DNA of 64,000 nt. Origin: Monocercomonoides exilis PA203. Lineage: Eukaryota > Protista > Preaxostyla. This document shows, piece after piece, positions 13,345-24,740 of this stretch (positions are counted from its first letter, which is position 1; every line of letters starts with the position of its first letter). Under the pieces are notes generated by a model. It saw nothing but the letters and a program-made list of their open reading frames with translations, ran no database searches and was not told the origin of the DNA. The stretch is from assembly GCA_001643675.2 (NCBI GenBank), contig LSRY02000029.1, positions 1 through 64,000 of the forward strand, given 5' to 3'. The position numbers and the translations under genes were made by a program.

Positions 13345-16300
13345 ATGAATATTTCCAAACCTCAATCGACTCTATATTCTCGATGCAAAGTATTATGGAA
13401 TGAAATTAAGCGCATCGGCGGAGATGACGTGGATTCGTTACTTGCCTATTTGTTTTATTCTTACAGGCAATCAACTTCTGTAATTAACGATTTACTGAAG
13501 ACATTAAACGGTTTGATTTTTTATTTATTCATGTTTTATATAGAAAATTTCATGAACTGTCATTGTTGTTATTTTCTTAACTATTAATTCAATATTTTTC
13601 TCATGAACAGAATATCACATAAAGCTGCTGGAAGACCTGTCTGTGGTGTACAACAACGCTCCTTTGCACACTCAGACAGTAATGCTGCAAGCGCTGTCAC
13701 GCAACACATCATTATCCGATTTACAAGACTATGGATATGATGTCACAGAGGGAAAATTTATTTACGCGAAGCAAACGCTGAAGAAAAACCAAGGATTTAT
13801 CATCACTCCTCTAAAACCTCATCTTCCGTCTTGCAAAAGTGGTTTGTTTTTATTTGAATTTTTTTGAATAATTTTCTCTGTTCATTTTAGGCTTAAATGA
13901 ACAGGATTGGGAAAAGGGCAACAACTGGATGTTAGCCCATTCCACTGAAGCCTCAACTACTCTTCAATCAGCAAAGAAAAAGCAGCGAGCTGAGCCAGAT
14001 TACACAAGATTTATAGATGAAGATGCCTGGGAAAATGAAATTGTTACAGAAAATTCTTCTTCAAAGAAAAAGAAATCTTCATTATCAGAAAAATCACATC
14101 AACAAAATAAAAAATCAAGTTCTATTTCGGAAAAAAATTCATCTGCATCAACTTTTTCATCGTCTGAAGCTATTGATGCTCCAATCAACACCCCAATAAG
14201 GAGAGAAAGGAGGTCAACAAAAAATAAAAAGAATAATTCAAATCACAAACGTCACTCTTCTCCATCTCCAATACCAATTCACAAATTCTTCAAAACAAAA
14301 CAATCGTCAACATATTCTTCTTCTTCTCCTCTTCCTCCTTGTTCTCCTTCTTCTTCTTCTCCTCCTCCTCCTCCTTCTTCTTCTTCTTTTTCTTCTTCTT
14401 CCTCTTCTTCCTCTTCTTCAAATTCTTCTTCTTCAAATTCTTCTTCTTCAAATTCTTCTTCTTCAAATTCTTCTTCTTCAAATTCTTCTTCTTCAAATTC
14501 TTCTTCTTCAAATTCTTCTTCTTCAAATTCTTCTTCTTCAAATTCTTCTTCTTCAAATTCTTCTTCTTCAAATTCTTCTTCTTCAAATTCTTCTTCTTCA
14601 AATTCTTCTTCTTCAAATTCTTCTTCAAATTCTTCTTCAAATTCTTCTTCTTCTTCTTCTCCTCCTCCTCCTCCTTCTTCTTCTTCTTATTCTTCATCTT
14701 CCACATTTTTATTTTCATCTTCTTCCTCTTCATCCAAAAAGCAACAAAAAATGACAATCAATTCTTCATTAACTTGCAATTCTTCTTCATATTTAAGAAA
14801 TGAAAATGATTGGGTGAGCAAGCAATTGCTTGAATATGTCACTTCTCCCACTCTTGTTCCTCCACAGGCATTTCAAGATCTTCTATCTTCATTTGCAAAA
14901 GACAGCAACACTTCTCCATCTCCACAAAACACTCATTCAGACGAAAGTTATAATTCAAATTGTAAAAATAATATGAATATCATTTCAAATAATTACACAA
15001 TGGATTTTCTTCCTGAAATTCAATCTCATTCTCCATCAATTTCTTCAAGTGTCAAAACCACTTCAATCGCTTCATCAAAAACAAAGAAAGGATTAAAAAA
15101 TCTTGGAAATACTTGCTATCTTGCCTCTCTCCTTCAATGTATATCTTCAATCACTTCACAAAAACAATCAATAATTAAAACCATTTCATTTCAAAACAAT
15201 TTATCTTCTCGAGTATTGAGTGTTTGTCAACAACTTACCAAAGATGGAATGACAGTGCGTTCATGGGTCCCATCACTGATCAACAAATGGGAAGACTTTT
15301 GTGGATATAGAAGCAGACAGCAACAAAATGTCATCGAGGCGTTTGACAATCTTCACCAACTTCTTCAAAAAAATGAGTTAATAAACAAGGATACCTTCAA
15401 TCCTGTTTTAATCACACATTTCAAATGCCAAAAATGTCAAAAAATCACATCACACTTCAATGAAATTTGTGACAATGTCGTTATCAATTCTTCTTCTCCT
15501 CACAACGGCCTATCTTCTCTTTTTGCGACTGAAGTTTTAAACGAAAAGAATTGTGTTTATTGCGATGAATGCAAGGAAAAATGCTGTGCTGCGAGATGGG
15601 AGGAAATGGCTGCATTTCCAGAGGTGCTAGCCCTCTGTCATGAATGCACTGATTCTGCTAGTTCAGCACCTTCGAGAACATTACTAATGGAAACAGACAG
15701 AGTCAATCAGCGCACGTTTTGTAAAGGATTTTCTTCTAAAGATATTCAACATCTTCAAAAAGATAATCAAGAAACAATCATATATCATTTTTCTGGACAA
15801 ATACTATTCAAACGTCTGGATCAACAAAACGGACATTACATCGCAGTTGTGAAAAGAAAAAGTGGAATCAATAGTTTTTGGAATATTTGCAATGATGTAA
15901 GTGTTTCTGAATTCGATAGTGACAAATGGAGTTCTTCATGGAAAGATCTTTATGTTCAAGGCTACGTTCCTTCACTTTCATTCTACATCAAGGAAAAAAC
16001 AAAACCAACACTGTCAACTCTTCAATTTGGTGGTTCATCATCTTCTTCAGAAACATCAAATAATAACACTTCAAATAACTCATCATCATCGTCAACAACA
16101 ACAACTGCTACGTCATCTGCATTCATCACACCACCTCATCGAACAACTTCCATTCCTCCACTCTCTTCGTCAATTTCAACAAGTTATGGATTGGAAGCAC
16201 TGAAAGAAAGAAGAAAGAAAACGGGCATCTTTTCTCCCAATGAGAAAAGATTAATCTTCAAGCCCAAGACAAAATTATGGAAAGAGTTTTCAGAAGAAAC

Positions 16301-17486
16301 AAATATTAAAGTTTCATTATCTCACTTCTACAAACTCACAACCAACTTCTCCAAAGCAAAAAGGCGCACAGATCTTTGTGGAATGTGTGAGAAGTTGAAC
16401 TATCTCGAAAACAAACTGAAGTCATCTCAAAACAAAAATGGACTGTCTGAAGCAGAGTTTCATACACTCAAACTTCTTCGTCAACACCGACTTGTTGCAG
16501 AAATGCAACGAAAACACTATCAATCAACTGTTGATAATCTTAAAGAGGGAGAAGCAGTCTTCGTCTTCGACTTTAAAGAAAAATGGAAACTCCCTATCAG
16601 AAAAAATCAACTTCAACAGGAATTCTTCAATTATCAACAAGTTTCTCAATTCACAATCATCTCTCTTCAAAAAATAAATAATCAACTTGAAAAACGAACA
16701 TTCAACTTCTTCTCCGACTGCCTCTCAAATGATCACAGATTTGTCATTGAGTGTCTGGAATCTGTGATCAAAAGGCACTTCTTCTCAGACACTCACACTT
16801 TTAAGTTCTTCTGCGATTCGGGTCCACACAACCGAAATCGCTTCCTTCTTCACTTCATCCTCTCCAAACAATCGAAACTTCTCAAAAAGAAAAATACTCA
16901 ACTCAACTTCTTCGCTGAGCACCATGGAAAAAATATCTGTGATAGTGAATTTGGTGCATTAGTGAATGCAATCGACAACAATCTTTCGACAGAACACATC
17001 ACCACCCTTCATGACTTGATCAACTTCTTCGAAAACAATATGAACACTTCGATATCTGCTTCTTCAACTTCTCAATCAAACATTTTCTCAACATCATCAT
17101 CAAACTCTTCACAATCTTCAACATCTGTCAATAACTTTGAGCATGAGAGATTCTTTGAAGAATATGTACCATCTCAACAAATCTCATGGCCATCATTGTC
17201 AGTTCCCCACATGAAGGACTACTTGTATTTTGAGCGCAAAGGCTCATTTGTCTCTGCTTCAGCTGTTGGATATCTTCCTCAACGCTCTCTGGTTGCCCTC
17301 GAATCTTCAACAATGAAAGAAAAAGTTCAACGTTCAAGAAAGTCATTTCACTCTGATATCACATCATCTAACTCTTCTCTTCTTTCTCAATCTTCTCAAG
17401 ATCTTCTTTCAAGGAGATTTGAGCTTCTTCTTGACTCTTCTTCTTTTAATGAATCTCAAAATTGTATTAATGGTGTCCCTTATTAA
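13345..17486 (+). CDS. USP (C19) deubiquitinase fused to Sola-like DDD transposase, ~1330 aa, 3 exons
   Basis: Exons 13345-13510, 13611-13841 and 13891-17486 join in frame via GT..AG introns. USP: GLKNLGNTCYLASLLQC (Cys 15114), QQNVIEAF, CQKC/CDEC, GHYIAVVK (His 15834), WNICND. Transposase: DLCGMCE...H, VFDFKEKW (D 16569), FCDSGPHNRN (D 16815), FFAEHHGKNICDSEFG (D 16941). Confidence 0.9.
14421..14650 (+). repeat. 15-bp coding tandem repeat (NSSSS)n, ~13 copies plus 12-bp variants
   Basis: AATTCTTCTTCTTCA units, flanked on both sides by SPPPPPSSSS-encoding direct repeats. Confidence 0.95.
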
Positions 17487-17490
17487 GAAA

Positions 17491-17628
17491 CTAGTTGTTG
17501 TGTATGCTTAGCTGGCACTCTATCGGAAGGGTGCTGGACATGACTGTTCGTATTAGATATTGCAGCCCGAAGGCTGCAATATCCGGACCTGGATACGACG
17601 AACAGCCTCCCAGGTGCACAACAGTTAG
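17491..17628 (+). ncRNA. Putative structured RNA (multi-stem with pseudoknot) directly 3' of the transposase stop codon
   Basis: GC-rich island. Stems 17491-17504/17615-17628, 17512-17521/17528-17537, 17544-17551/17598-17605, perfect 12-bp 17556-17567/17572-17583. Pseudoknot ACCTGG 17587-17592 with CCAGGT 17610-17615. Confidence 0.6.
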
Positions 17629-18381
17629 AATCCGATTGTTTTCTTGTGCTTTTTGTCCCTATAATGTCCCTATTATTGAATTGGTTATTATCCCTATAAT
17701 AATTGTATTTATCGAGATTCATTAATAAAGAGAGTTGTGAGGGAATTCATTGATCTTTGGGTAAGGTTTTTGGAAGGGAGAGTTGTTGAGAGTGTGAAAT
17801 GTTGTTTTATCATTGTGTCTGTCTTTTTTCTTTGTTGGATTTGATCTTTTTGAGTCAAAGTTAGAGAAATATCAGAAAGGGGAGAGAGGATAAAAAACAG
17901 ATGGAAAATAGACAAGTTAGTTTTTGTACTTTTTATATAAGTATTCTTTTTTGTTTGGAATTGTCTTTGATACCACGAATTTGTTGAAATTGTACTATTT
18001 CTACTTATATTTTTTATTGTTCAAAATTGTTGATATTTAGTTGATATTTGGTGATTGTTTAATGATTATGTGATTGAATTATGTTTCTTTTGAAAGTTGA
18101 TGAATCTGATTAGAAAATTTCTGACTGTTTTCAATTTTTTAATGATCAATATTGTGAAGTACTTTTTGTTTTTTATGTCATTTTGATTGCAAAACGATTG
18201 TTATTTTTTAACGTATATTTTTCACTTTTCATAGTAAATTTTTCCACTTGTTCACTAAACAATTTATTGATAAACATGTTATATATTTATAAAGATATCA
18301 ACAAAAATAAATTTTTCATAATAATCGATAATATTACAAAACAAATTTCAAAAATTTATCATCATACAACAAAAAGCAAAT

Positions 18382-18898
18382 ATTTCATGAAAATATGTCA
18401 AATTGAAAATCTCGATCACAAAAGTGGTCACTAATTTTTCTTCAGATTTTGCAACAAACAGACATAAAAAGATGTGGGGAAGCGGTTTGTGCGGAAATCT
18501 GAGAAAAAATTAGTGACCACTTTTGTGATCGCCAGTCATTTCAAGTTTCAGTTTTATAATAGTTCCGATCGTTCAACGGATCAAATCTGATGAGAACCTT
18601 AATAAAAGTGTTTTTCAAAATGACTGGCGATCACAAAAGTGGTCACTAATTTTTTCTCAGATTTCCGCACAAACCGCTTCCCCACATCTTTTTATGTCTG
18701 TTTGTTGCAAAATCTGAAGAAAAATTAGTGACCACTTTTGTGATCGAGATTTTCAATTTGACATATTTTCATGAAATGGTGACTTTTTTTTGGTTTTTGT
18801 ATTTTATTGAGTCTTAAAAATATATATGTATATATTCAATTTTTTTTTTATGATTAAATAAAAATGCATTTTATGAAATGAATAACCATATTCACATT
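18382..18898. repeat. Right terminal repeat with nested palindrome (18382-18777)
   Basis: Arm 18382-18541, loop 18542-18617, arm 18618-18777 form an essentially perfect palindrome, followed by the outer inverted segment. Confidence 0.95.
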
Positions 18899-19949
18899 TT
18901 ATGACAATTATAAAAGCGACAATAATAGCAATCAGTGCGATAATTTACATCAAAAATGTGTCAGCCCGCGAATGGAATATCAATGAAAATTAAAAAATAT
19001 AAAATCCACATTCAGAAATTTATCTGAAAGCGATTCTTTTTTTCATGAGTATTTTTTTGTGATTCAACTCGTAAACATCAAATGCTTGCTGTTCATTTCG
19101 TATGCGGCACAAGGCACATATTGCAATCTGTTCTATGCATCGAACGCAAACTCTGAAGCGAATATAAACCGAATATTAGTGGATGAAAAGCGAGAGACGA
19201 ACGACACGCTTTTTCGGATGCAAACCCCTCTGTGTAATTCGCTCGCAAGTTCCACTTACCGGACAGTCTGTACACATACAATGGGAGAGAGTGTGGCAGC
19301 TTTATGGGGTCATATTTTGGATGTAACACATTGCTGATTCAGATTAGTGTGGTGTTAGCAGTGGAAAAAGAGGATGCAATGGTTTCATCCAAGGGCTTAA
19401 CATGACAACTTTGGACATGTTCAAATTGACATCGTGTGTGGCAGATGCGCTGGAGAAGGAGAAGATCATCCGGCCGAATGAGATTGTGATTGTGGAGCAG
19501 ATGCAGTGCATGTCACTTGAAGAGGAGGTATTTGAAGAGGCGAAGCTTGATGCGCCCAGAGCAGCAAACTTTGTGGACCAGCAAGTGAATACAGCTATTT
19601 TCGGTTAATTTTAGTTTTTTTCTTTCAAGATTGCCTGGATTTTCGAAGGAGAGGGAGGTCAGGAAAGCAGAAAAGAAGGCAAAATATTTTGAGCTTGATT
19701 AAAGAAAAGAAAAAAATTCCAAACAGATCGACTTTGGCAATGACGAAGATTTGAAGCGATGTGGTGTGAGTTGAATTTTTCTTTTAATAATAACAAAAAA
19801 TTTTTGTGTGTTAATTTTTTAATGTATTTTTGAATTTTTGAAATTTTCTGAACTTTTTTCCATCATTTATTATGAACTTCATCTTTTTCTTGTGAGTTGG
19901 CCGAATCGGTCATTATATGATGTGTTTATTTACAATCTTCATCGAATTT

Positions 19950-22900
19950 TTTGTTTGGGCCCCCTCTGCATAAAAATCACCGATTCATTCAATCTTTCCA
20001 GTCAGATTGGACTCATTCAAACAATTGCTAATAAGCTCTGTACAAGATGTGATGAAGGCGCTATTCCTGACTTGATAATGTTTGTCATATTTTTATCTTT
20101 TTGTTTTCATTGTTTTTATCATATTTCTTGTTTTTATTTTTTTTAACTTTTCAAACCCTCATTTTAATTTTTACAATTTATTGATACGTAAACATATGAA
20201 CAATCTCTTTTTTTGTTATAATTTCATTCAGTTTCTTCTTTTTAGAGTGGGCAATGGGTCTCCTCCACGATCACCTACCACCGTTTGTGTCATCATTGGA
20301 GTCAGAGCTGATGAAAAAGACTGAACCGGGAACCCTCTTCTGCGCATTTGGCTTCCTCTATTGTCACTGTGTTGCAGCTGACTGTTCATTCCACATGAAA
20401 CGAGACTTCCTCTTCTCACAGACCACTAAACATTTCTTCTCTTCGTCGTCAACTTCTTCTTCTTCTTCTTCCTTCTCAAATCAGTCATCCACAAACCGCT
20501 TTGTAGTTTCCATGTTCGAGTAAGTCAAATACACATCGCAAAATGCAGGAATTATCTTCTCTTTTTAATAAAAGTTCTCCTCTTTTAATGTCACTCCTTA
20601 TCTTCTGTGAATGACACTCCATTCAAACACCACAGATCTCCTTCTCCTCCTCTCTTTTTTCTTACTTTGCCTCAATAAATGATTTCAGCTTCCATCAAAT
20701 GCTCTCTTTCCTCAAATATCCTCGACAGATAGAACATCTTTTTTGTGTAACATCACAAGCACAACCAGAGCTGCCACGAGCCATCAATATGTGGATTCTT
20801 GCAGATCTTCAACATCTTCCAACTCATTCCAACGTTCTTCTTCTTTTGCAAGAACCTCCTTCCACCAAAAGGACATCATTAGGCAGATTTCTTTGTTTCA
20901 TTTACAACATTCAACCACTTTCGCATCTGCAGCCAGCTCCCCAATCAAAAAAGTCGTCTCTTTCTTCCTTTTTACTCAATTTGTGCCACAGCTGCTGGGT
21001 ATTTCAAGCACAGGTATTTATTAACAAAAAACAATAGACAGAAAAATGGAGTCTTTTGCATCATTTATTTTATTTAGCTAACAGCAGCGTCGGATGATGA
21101 GTTGAAGAAATTATTGTTCCCAAATGAGAAATTCATTAATGATATGGAGGTTATTTAGAGAAAGAAGGAGGAAGAGAGAAGGAGAGAGAAAAAGTGAAAA
21201 AGAAGGAAGAGAAATTGAAAAGACTGAAGATGAAGATAAAGAGATATCTGCGGAGCTATGCAGATGAAATATCAACACTTTCTTCTTCAGCCTCTTCTTC
21301 TACACCAAATTCTGTTCTGAAGCTGCTCTCACATCAATCCATAGCATCCACCACTTCTCGGCTCCAATCAGAAAACACGAGAGCCTTCGGCGTTTGGTTG
21401 CAGATTATTCCAATGACAGACGATTTGACAGAAGAATGTGTGTTTCCGGTGTGCGAATGTTTATGAGATAGAAACAGACAAATGAAACAGAACAGGCATG
21501 GTCATAGAAATAATCATTATCATTGACATCAATACAGAAATCATCATCATCATCACATTTTTCTTCATCTTCCTCTTCATCCGAACAGTCAGAAGTGAAT
21601 TCATCACAAGAAAGAGCAGAAAAAGCAGAAATTGATGAAATCATTGAACACTTCAAAAGAAAACATGCGCCGCATCTGCTACTTCCTATGTTCGTTCCTC
21701 CACAAGAAGTAACCCTACAGAATCCGTCTTATGTGTCACGAAGACAAAGACAGAGAAAAAGCAATCAAAATTCTATACAAACATTTTTGACTTATTCGAC
21801 TGCTGGCAAAAGTACAGTAACAGGAACATCTCCTTCTTCATTGCCGAATAAATCTTTTCTTTCTCTTCCTCAGTCATCTCCTTCACCCTCTCCTTCATCT
21901 TCATCTTCCTCATCTTCATCTTCATCTTCTTCATCTTCTCCAGCAGTAACTGACCTCTCTATCCATCCAAAACCACCTCATCGCTCTGAAATTGCTATGG
22001 CGCGATGCATAAGAGCAACGCATCCTCTCTTCCTCAGATGCTATTTCAACCGCTGTGCACAAGTGGCTGCTGCTTCTGGTGCTTCGCGTTCTTCTTCCTC
22101 CTCTTCTTCTGTCAACCAATCAGAGCCAATTTCATTCAGAATCCATTCTTCTGCTTATTCCTCCATTCCACCTGCCATTTCAGCCACTTCTTCATTCAAT
22201 TCCCCCACCTCCTCCATCACAAAGACACAAACTTCAACCTCTTCTTCTTCCTCTTCTTCTTTCTCTTCTTATTCTTATTCTTCTTCGTTGCTGCGCTTTT
22301 CTTGAAACAGATTTCCGACAGGCAAAGAGCAGCAGATTAGGAGGATGAAGCAATCGTTCGGAAGTGGAAGGAAAAGGCAACACTTTTTTCTCGCACAAGA
22401 TGTGTTTGAAGCGCTGCAGCTGTTTGCAGAGTTTCGGATGGTGGAGCGGTATTCGGAGAATCTGGAGAAAAGGATGAGAGAAAGAGAAAGAGAGAGAGAG
22501 CGAAGGAAAGAAAGAGAGGAGCAAGGAACGAGAGAAGAGAGGAGAGAATAATTAGAGAACTGATTAAGATGAGGAAGGCATTGAAATCTACAAATGATGA
22601 AAATAACAATGATGATGAAAAAGAAAATAAAGTGAAAGCAGAAGAAAATGAGAATTTATCATTGATTAGAAGAGATTCTTTGAATGAAACCAAGAAAAAT
22701 GAAGAAAGTGAATGCTTTTCCGACAGCTCCATCATCAGTGATGAAGAAGAGCGAAGAGAGAAGAGACACAAACAGAGAGAGAAACAGAGGTTGATGCGAA
22801 GGTATTACTAGGTGCTTGAGCTTCAACGTGTTTCTGTTGTGAATGAAGTGCTTTTGATGGTCAGGCCAAACCTGCTGCTTTCTCCTGCACCGATTAACGA

Positions 22901-24740
22901 GTCGATAAAAAGACCAGGAATTACTGTGAACGCTGTAAAAAATGAGGGGGATGGCGAAAAGTATGAGAAAGAAGAGAAAGAATGGAATAATTCTTTGAAT
23001 GAAAATGGAAACAAGGAAGAATTTGAAGGAGATGAAGATGGAAAAGATGAGGAAAAGAAGTGATTTTGGAGGATTTAATGAACAACCCCAAAGCAGTATT
23101 TTCAAAAGCAAATATAATCAAACAGAAGCAGAAAAGAATGAAAACACGAAAGAATCAATTCAAAACGGTAAAAAAGACGAAACGCGTTCAGATGAGCCAA
23201 AGCCAGAGCCTCTTTCATCGCTAGCTCAGCAAAAACAGCAGCAACAGAACATAACAACAATTTCCCCCACCTTCATCTTCTCCTTCTCCTCAACATATAC
23301 AATCCTCTTCAGAACGAGGCACCTTTGGAACAATACACTTTACGCGAGGGAAGCGAATGGACGGTGGATGAAGAGGATTCGGAGGGAGAGCTTTGATTGC
23401 GTACAGCCAAGAGATGGAGATGGGGAGAGGGGCTGTTGGTACACCTACAACTCCGCTGTCACCTGCTGTTGGAGGAGGAGGAATTGGAGGAGGAGGAGGA
23501 TGGGTGACGTTGAGTGTGATGGGAATGAAGGATTTGAACAAAGAAGTGACAAGGGCGATGCAAGATGAGCTTCAGAATGAGAAAGGGAAAGTGGACGATG
23601 AAGAGGCGAAGATCATGTTCAGTTCATTGGAATCTAATGATCAGAGAGAAAAACTGCTTCGGCTGATGAAACAACAGGAAATACAGAAGAAGAAAAAGGA
23701 GAAAAAAGAAAAGCGGGAGCGCAGGAAAATTGAGAAAGAAGAAAAAGACAAGAATCTGTTTAGCAGCATCCAAGGAATACTGCAACCTTACATTGAGATA
23801 GGCACACCAATTAACCAGAAGGAGAACAAAATGGCAAGCGAGGCGCAACAAGAGTCAAAAGAAACCCAGACGCCGGTTTTGACAAGAGAGCTGAAATTGG
23901 ACTGCATGCTGAATGATTTAGCTAATTCTGACCTGGAAGATTTGAGCGATGAACTGGATTTGCCTTGCCGCTATGCGCGAATCAAAAGCGAGGAAAACGG
24001 TCAATTTGTGTGGAAGATGCGGAAGGTTACTGTGTATGATGTACTTGATGCGAGGCAGATGAGAACGCGGTTGGATCTGATGAGGCTCTGAAGAGCGGGC
24101 TGAGGCAGAACAGTGCAGAACTGCGAAGAGGAAGCAGAAGTGACACACAGGAAGGGAAGTAAAGAAGCAGGGAAAGGATCGCTTCTGCTGTTTCAGAAGG
24201 AGAAATGGACAAGAACATTCAGTCAGAGCAGCATGCCTGGAAGAAGAGATGCACTGTCGAAGCTGTTTTCTTTGCTGTCGTTATCAAAGTTAGCTTATTT
24301 ATTCACGTCGCAGAATTCAATGGCAATGGATCTGATGCAGAAATAACCTGCCCTCAATTCGGTTGCGCCTTTTGATTCAGCTGCTGATCTTGCTGTAAAT
24401 ACAAACATTGCTCTTCATCCTCTTTCTCATTGCGCCTCTTCACTTGTCGATTCATCCTTTTTAATGAACATCCAACTTCAATCTTCTCCTTCTCTCAGAA
24501 CATCTTTATCTCCTTCACTGCAGTCCCAAGCTAAACTTCCATCTTCTACTAGTCTTGCTGATCCTGGCTCTCTTTCTCTACTCTCACGTCCTGCTCTATT
24601 TTCGTCTCCTTCTCTTTCATTCAGCTCCCGTCAAATTCATCATCAGGCCTCATCTTTTATTTTCTTTTCCGAAACGCAAAAGGATTATTTATTCTATCGC
24701 AGAATATCAGCTGAAATTATATGTCAATGGAAGTGATTCA
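19950..24740 (+). pseudogene. Decayed low-complexity host gene of unknown function (copy 1)
   Basis: Chain of broken ORFs (21523-22305, 23393-24091 etc.) with a paralog at 36941-39400 sharing e.g. KLDCMLNDLANSDLEDLSDELD and KSEENGQFVWKMRKV. Confidence 0.6.

Larger units (their letters stand above)
12576..18898 (+). mobile_element. Sola-like DNA transposon (~6.3 kb) with long palindromic TIRs, encoding a USP-transposase fusion
   Basis: Outer ~120 bp (12576-12697) is the near-perfect reverse complement of 18778-18898. Both ends continue into the same ~370-395-bp palindrome. Encloses an intact DDD transposase gene. No clear TSD (at most AT flanking GTG...CAC at 12579/18895). Confidence 0.9.

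Noticed and set aside
14290-14803. Poly-Lys and poly-Phe ORFs
   Set aside because: Shadow frames of the (NSSSS)n/poly-Ser repeat in the real gene.
17491-17628. Canonical HDV, hammerhead, twister or group I ribozyme, or a tRNA
   Set aside because: No room for HDV P3/L3, no CUGANGA/GAAA core, no P4-P6 domain, no cloverleaf. Left unclassified.
12576-18898. Endogenous virus, Polinton or Fanzor/TnpB-type RNA-guided system
   Set aside because: No capsid, pPolB, HUH Rep or RuvC motifs seen. The only catalytic cores are USP and a DDD transposase.
19059-19770. Short gene remnant (MTTLDMFKLTSCVADALEKEK...)
   Set aside because: Coding-like but fragmentary with no recognisable motif, so not called.
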